Assembly: GCA_951406725.2 (NCBI GenBank)
Contig: OX597814.1
Location: 105,958,001 to 106,022,000 of the forward strand
Origin: Octopus vulgaris
Taxonomy: Eukaryota
DNA: 64,000 nt
Direction: 5' to 3'
Shown piece after piece: positions 57,043 to 64,000 of the stretch; positions within the stretch are counted from its first letter, which is position 1, and each line of letters begins with the position of its first letter. The notes below the pieces were generated by a model. That model was not told the origin of the DNA and searched no databases. It worked only from the letters and a program-made list of their open reading frames with translations. A program made the translations under genes and the position numbers.

Positions 57043-59178
57043 TGCATGCATGCATGTATGTATGCATGTATGTATGTATGTATGTATGAATGTATGTATG
57101 TATGTATGTATGTATGTATGTATGTACGTATGTAATTGACAGGCTTTGAGTTTTCGTCTATCAAATCCACTCACAAGGCTTTGGTCGACCCGAGGCTATA
57201 TTAGAAGACACTTGCCAAAGTTGCCACGCAGTGGAACTGAATTTAGAACCATGAGATTTGGAAGCAAACTTCTCACTATACAGCCACGCCTATAGCAGGT
57301 TCAACTCTGATGTCGTTCAGATTTTATCAAGTACTCCTGTTTGTTATTCTCTTTACACACACAAACAAACGTTTACAGAATAATGGCAAATTATATTCCC
57401 TGAGCGACAGGTTAAAGCGTTGTAATTGTTGAGTTGGCGTACGAAGATATATTTCGTTGGCTGTCTGCATAATTGAAGGAAAACTCGTGAACGTTTAATT
57501 GAAATATTTATTGTCGCACATAAAAAACAATTAGCGTTAATCATTTACAGTTAACAATATAAATAATTACAGACTAGCAGAGCGATACATCTTTGAGATA
57601 ACAGAAAGGTAATCGTTGTGGTTTTCCTCACTGTTAACAATTTTGTTCAAATTTGGTATATGGATTAAGTTTTGTATACTAATTATGGAAATGAAATTTA
57701 TTTCTCTTATAAATCCATAATTAAAAAGTTATTAGGTTTAAATTTTGCAAATATAGGTATTTTAATCAATTAGAAGCGAGTATTTTATACATCACCGTGG
57801 CGAAAAACTCTGTTCCTATAGTAACCAAAGATGCTGCACAAGGAGGAGAAAAAGATACGAGAAAGATAATCCTCTTAGTATAATAATACTCTTGTGTTTT
57901 TCTCCGTCACAACATATGAATGAGAAAGGAAGGGGTGATATATGAATAAGGAAGGAAGGGGTGGTGGCAAATTGCTAGTGGGACCGTTTCAACTCTGTGT
58001 GAAGTATATGTGTGTATGTAGAGGGGAAGTATGTGAATGTGTGTGTGTGTATGTGTGTGCAATGGCAGTGAGATGGTGAACATTCAACGCTGAAAAGAAA
58101 ACTCAAACAGCGTTTCAACTCTGTGTGAGTATATGTGTGTATGTGTGTGCATCTAGCAATGTTTTGACATGCCCCCACCGTACCCATTGATGATGGAAGA
58201 GGCAGTTTTCTGATTGGCTGAAAATTCTGAAAATTATTAAACTTTAAATACCTGTAACATTTTTGCAAATTTTTTCTGGAATAAATGAATAACAAATTCG
58301 GATTCAGCGTCAAAAATTACATTTACATGAAACATTAACTTTTTTTTGAAAAAAAAAACGATAATTGCAAATGGCAACGAAAACCAGAAAGATCACATAA
58401 TTTTTTTTATTGCTTGAAGAGTGTTGTATTGCCTTCACAGTGTTTACTGTTTTACAAAATTAAATTAGAAAATTAGACAAATCGGAGGACACAAATGAAA
58501 AAATTAAAAAGAAGAAAGAGAGAAAGAAAAAAGAGAAAAAGAAGAGAAAAAGAGAGTTATTTGTTCAGTCAAGCGCTGTCGGTCCAACATATACGAAATC
58601 AACGGCGCTCACTTCGTGGCGACAGAGGTCCTGGGTTAGCTACCTTATGCCGTCTGTGTAAATGTCTGGAAACACCTGATGACAAGATTTGAGGCACGCA
58701 TAGTTCAGCTACCTTCAACATTCTGAAATTAATTACCCCCAAAAGCGGCCTTTTATTCGGTACAACAATATTCTAGATATTCTAGAAGATTAAATGATGT
58801 CACGGCTTGACGCTGATTGGTTGCTTAATAGACTGATCACGTGAAACTATTGTGGTTTGCTCGTGATTTCTGATGTCGTATCCAGCTACTCGGTTTCGAA
58901 TCACCGCTACACCTTTAACTAAACATACGCGCAAGAGCGTACATACATGTGTTTTTCCTTGTTTTCGTTCCGTGCTTTAAATTAGATCGATCGTTCTTGG
59001 TCGAATTAGCTTCTCCGTGAAAAGAGATCAACGCAAATACGACATGTCATCCAGTCTGACGTTGTAACTCACCCCCGTCCCAATATTGCTCTTTCAAAAA
59101 GATTTTTCGCTTGAAAGAAATGTACGACGAAACAGGTGCTTCCTCTTCTCGTTCTCTCTCTCACTCACTCTCTCTCTG

Positions 59179-59214
<36 letters not shown>

Positions 59215-59220
59215 ATATAT

Positions 59221-59500
59221 ATATTATATTAAATTAGAGATAAAACCACTATTAGGCAAATCAAACAATGGAAAACATAAGCCAATACATAAAATTAATT
59301 AATTTATATTATTTTAAATATATATCAAAATTTAAAATAATATAAATTAATTAATTTTATGTATTGGCTTATGTTTTTCATTGTTTGATTTGCCTAATAG
59401 TGGTTTTATCTCTAATTTAATATAATATAATATTTTACTATAAAATTGGATTTAATCCTAAATCTGATTTTTCCCTGTAAGTTTGGATTTATTCCTAATA
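59221..59500 (+). mobile_element. Short fold-back copy (~99-bp arms, 59221-59319 and 59330-59428) of the 45913-46990 family
   Basis: Near-perfect palindrome plus the same tail (gatttaatcctaaatct..tttccctg.aagtttggattta), in TA context. Confidence 0.85.
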
Positions 59501-59514
59501 TTTTATTATATATA

Positions 59515-59558
<44 letters not shown>

Positions 59559-60234
59559 CTAGTTGTGCTCGGAGTTACTCAGTGTATCGAGAAATGTGCT
59601 GTAGCAGAAATCTAGTGATAAACTGCTTTAAAGTATAAACGGAGTGGGATGGTTGCAATGTTAAGGGGATTGGCATTCTATTTCTTTCGTACTGAAGATG
59701 GAGATCGAGCGAGCTATTCCCCTTTTGCTCGACATGTGGTTTCCGTCCTCGCTGAGCTCGCCTTGGGACACCTGCGTTACCATTTGTTGCACAAGGCATT
59801 GTCTTTCACTGACCTCCGAGAATTCGCCTGTAATTTGGTTGGCGAGTATAAATGTACACATACATCGCTTTGTATAGATCTACATTTATACACTCTCATA
59901 TATACACATACGCGCTCATGCACATATACATCTACATATACAGACAGAAACGATGCGATTGGAGCTGAGATTTTGAGGTTGCGGTGACAATATTTACATT
60001 TCACCTGAGGAAGCACAACTAGATTTCATAATACAGGAAAATGGTTACATAACCAAATACCTGCGAGCCTGGAGAACTACGTTGCGTGGAAACAATTGTA
60101 GTGATTGCAAATAGATGTTCAACTGTACTCCTTGTTGATTCCAATTTATTCAAATATATATGTGTGTGTGTGTATGTATGTATGTATGTATGTATGTATG
60201 TATGTATGTATGCATGTATGTATGTGTGTGCTTA

Positions 60235-60265
<31 letters not shown>

Positions 60266-60404
60266 ATGTATGTATGTATGTATGTATGTATGTATGTATG
60301 TGTGTGTATGTATGTATGCTTGTATGCGTGTGTGAATGCATATATGTATTGAAGAAAACGGAGAACAAGAATGGAAAATATATGTTATATCCTGACACGG
60401 TATG

Positions 60405-60473
60405 ATACTACTACTACTACTACTACCACTACTACTACTACTACTACTAATACTAATACTACTAATAATAATA

Positions 60474-60534
<61 letters not shown>

Positions 60535-60593
60535 TAATAATAATAATAATAATAATAATGATGATAATAATAATAATAATAATGATGATGATG

Positions 60594-60675
<82 letters not shown>
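60405..60675. repeat. (TAC)n/(TAA)n microsatellite
   Basis: Directly visible. Confidence 0.95.
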
Positions 60676-60678
<3 letters not shown>

Positions 60679-61215
60679 CACCAGCAACAACAAAAGCAAT
60701 AATTCCACAATCGTATTTTTGAAAATGGATGTCTTTCGCGTTGTCCTTTGCAGCAGTTTGTTCAATTTCTCTTTGCAATAGTGGACATGTTCTTTGTTCG
60801 CTTCCATGATTGTCATCGGTACAACATCATCTTAAAACATCATCACTTATCATTATTTCATAAGACTTTTTTTTTTATATAAATCAATCTTCGATAGCTT
60901 TTTTTCCGTGAAACACTCAAGTTAAACCACACGGCAGCCATGTCTAATGCTCGCTCAGTGAACAAAGAAATATGAAAATGTACCGTTGTTTCTAACCCAT
61001 TGTTGCTGTTGTCGTTGTTGTTGTTGTTGTTGCTTTTATTTGCAACCTGTTGTTGTTGTCGTACTTCTGCTTCTAATAATGCTTGTTTCAGGTTGCTTAA
61101 AAATTTTTCTTTCGTTTTCGTACGAACGAACTCAAACAAAAAAGATATTTTTGTAATAAAAATGTGTAACACTGTTCAAATTTCTCATGTGTCCAGCTAC
61201 AATGAACATTGCACA

Positions 61216-61295
<80 letters not shown>

Positions 61296-61551
61296 TGTAC
61301 CTACACACTTATAAGTGGATATGTGTGTGTATTTAAGTACGTGTGTAAATATATTGTTTTCCCTTTTTAATAACATTATTAGATTAATCTTCATTCCAAG
61401 TAGGGAGCATTGACATATTTGAAAGTTTTGTTGTTGCTATTGTTGTTTCATTTGGCCATGATGCATTTTACCGTTTATTGAAATCTTACTTATAAAAAAC
61501 ACATCTTTCTCTCTCTCTTTCTTCTTCATCCATCCATCTATCTATCCATCC

Positions 61552-61631
<80 letters not shown>

Positions 61632-61769
61632 AACTATCTAGCTAGATAGTTATCTCTGCCCTATATATATATATATATAGAGAGAGAGAGATAGATAGAT
61701 AGATAGATAGATATACGTAGATATACACGTATATATGTATATATATATATACATATATACATATATATA

Positions 61770-61807
<38 letters not shown>

Positions 61808-61850
61808 TATATATATGTATATATGTATATATGTAAATATAGATACATAC

Positions 61851-61933
<83 letters not shown>

Positions 61934-62326
61934 GTATATATGTTCGTGTGTTTGTGTGTGTACGTATGTGTGTAGAATACAAGTATGTTTGTATCAATGT
62001 ATGTATGTATGTATGTCGAAATAAGCATTCCCGTTGCATTAGCTAAGACGGTGAATACAAACACAACCAGCATTCGCGTATGGATAAATAGGCTCCGACA
62101 GAGAGTGAGGAGAAGAGAGTCAGACATGGAGTGAACCAGATGAAATATGAATGCACATGTATATAATTAAATGTATTTGTGTGTTACCACTAATGGCAGG
62201 AGATGTGCTGAAATAAATATTTATTTGCTTATATACAAGAACCTTTGATGTATCAACACTGTGTTTTTAACATATTGTATTTATTATATATACTAACCGC
62301 ACATCATAATCATATACATACATATA

Positions 62327-62395
<69 letters not shown>

Positions 62396-62616
62396 ATACA
62401 TATATGTATATATCATATATATATATACATGTATATATATATACATATATATATATATACAAACATATATACATACATATGTATAGATATATATACATAC
62501 ATGCATATATATATATATATGTGTGCGTGTATACATATATATATATATATACAAACATATACACATACATATTCACACATACATAGATACACACATACAT
62601 GTCTATATATATATGC

Positions 62617-62653
<37 letters not shown>

Positions 62654-63436
62654 CAAACATATATACGTACATATATATACATATATACATAGATACACAC
62701 ATACACAGACATACATACATATATACATAAATGCATATATGTGTGTGCGTGTCTGTGTATATGTATATATATATATACATATACACATATATATACACAC
62801 ATACACATATACATACACACACACATACATGCCTGTTTATGTGTGTGTGTGTGTATGTGTGTGTGTGTATGTGTGTGTGTGTGTGTGTGTGTCGAAAGAA
62901 GCATTCTTGTTGCATTAGCTAAGACGGTGCTTCTAGCGCGAAGGCGCTGAGATGCTAGTGGTGAGTGTTTGTACTTGTGTTGGGTGGAGGGTTATCCATC
63001 TACCGAGTACTCTTACGATCTATCTCCAATATACTACTAAATATAATGTGTTGCGGTGAACGGCAAGATTTTCCATTTGCTTGTTTTACTTTGACAAAAT
63101 AGACATGTTTTATTTATGCACCACTCTCCCTCTCCCCTCCCTGTCTCTCTGTGTATATATGTATATATATATATATATATATATTACAGATGCATTCATA
63201 CTTTATATATATGCAGAGTGCGACGGAAAGACCTCCCTGATTGCACATGGGCATTGCGTGGCGTTAGGGAAGTTAGACAAGCGGTAACGGTGCTTTAATG
63301 TAGCTAAGGTTTTATCGTCTGTCTTTCAGTACGGACTCGTTTACACCCTGTGCTCGCTGTTGAAACGTTTACCAACCTGCAAAAATGTGGGAGGATTTTT
63401 ACCGCACCCTACACACGCACACAACACAAACGTTTC

Positions 63437-63728
63437 TCCAGCAATATCATCTATTGCATCTCCTGCTCTCTCTGCCATTCCCTGTACATCGGACAAACGG
63501 GACGCCGCTTGGCTAACCGGTTCGCGGAACACCTCCGAGACATCCGCCTCGCCACTGGCACTCCAGTCTAACGCCATTTCCGCTCCACCGGTCACTCCTT
63601 GCAACACCTGTCTGTGTTCGGATTGTCCTTGCACACAGAGGCCATCCGGATTCCCGCTCTTTTACGCCATTTGGGATTCCCGCTCTTTTACGCCATTTGG
63701 GTTCAACTCTCCCTCCCTTTTCATCTAA
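63437..63728 (+). pseudogene. Penelope-like element GIY-YIG endonuclease remnant, followed by a CT-rich tract to the window end
   Basis: SSNIIYCISCSLCHSLYIGQTGRRLANRFAEHLRDI...PV*RHFRSTGH...TPFGFN, with an in-frame stop, a frameshift and a 26-bp tandem duplication at about 63649-63700. Confidence 0.88.
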
Positions 63729-64000
63729 CCTCCTCTCCGACTCCTACTTCTCTTCACTTCTACATCTTTTCACCCTACTCTCTTTCTCTATTTTCCCCTA
63801 CTCTCTTTCCCTTCTTCCCTCTTCTTCCCTTCTTTCCCTTCTTCACCCTTCTTCCCTCTTCTTCCCTCTTCCCCTCTACTCTCTTTCTCTCTTCTCCCTT
63901 ACTCTCTTTTCCCTTCTCTCTTTCTCTCTGCTCCCTCACTCCCTTTCTCTCCCCTCTTCCCCTCCCCCTTCCCGTGCCCCTCTCTTCTCTTCTCTCCTCC

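Noticed and set aside
58790-58860. CCAAT (gattgg) and E-box (cacgtg) cluster
   Set aside because: Such short motifs are expected by chance and are common inside transposons; there is no associated gene.

Overview
This is an AT-rich, microsatellite-saturated eukaryotic window with no supportable host protein-coding gene. The repeat families and the CA/TA/TATG/TAGA/TAA microsatellite load suggest an intergenic or intronic region of an octopus (coleoid cephalopod) genome; that assignment is inference. Almost all listed ORFs are translations of simple repeats. The real content is mobile DNA: several tRNA-derived SINE families, two decayed mariner transposons, hAT-like and mariner-like MITEs, R4/Dong-type and HERO-type restriction-like-endonuclease (RLE) non-LTR remnants, a Penelope GIY-YIG remnant, Penelope-like fold-back insertions in (TA)n, and a young ~844-bp tandem array. 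The main hidden signal is RNA. At least 15 hammerhead-ribozyme (HHR)-like motifs of three architectures are readable: (i) minimal type I; (ii) type I with a greatly elongated helix II; (iii) a non-circularly permuted, pseudoknotted arrangement with strand order UH, then GAAA, then CUGANGA. Class (iii) occurs four times in the 844-bp array and twice in the 3' UTR of an unrelated HERO-like retrotransposon, with different sequence but the same pairing scheme. All structures were derived by eye and none has been tested. Element boundaries are approximate unless TSD or TIR coordinates are given.
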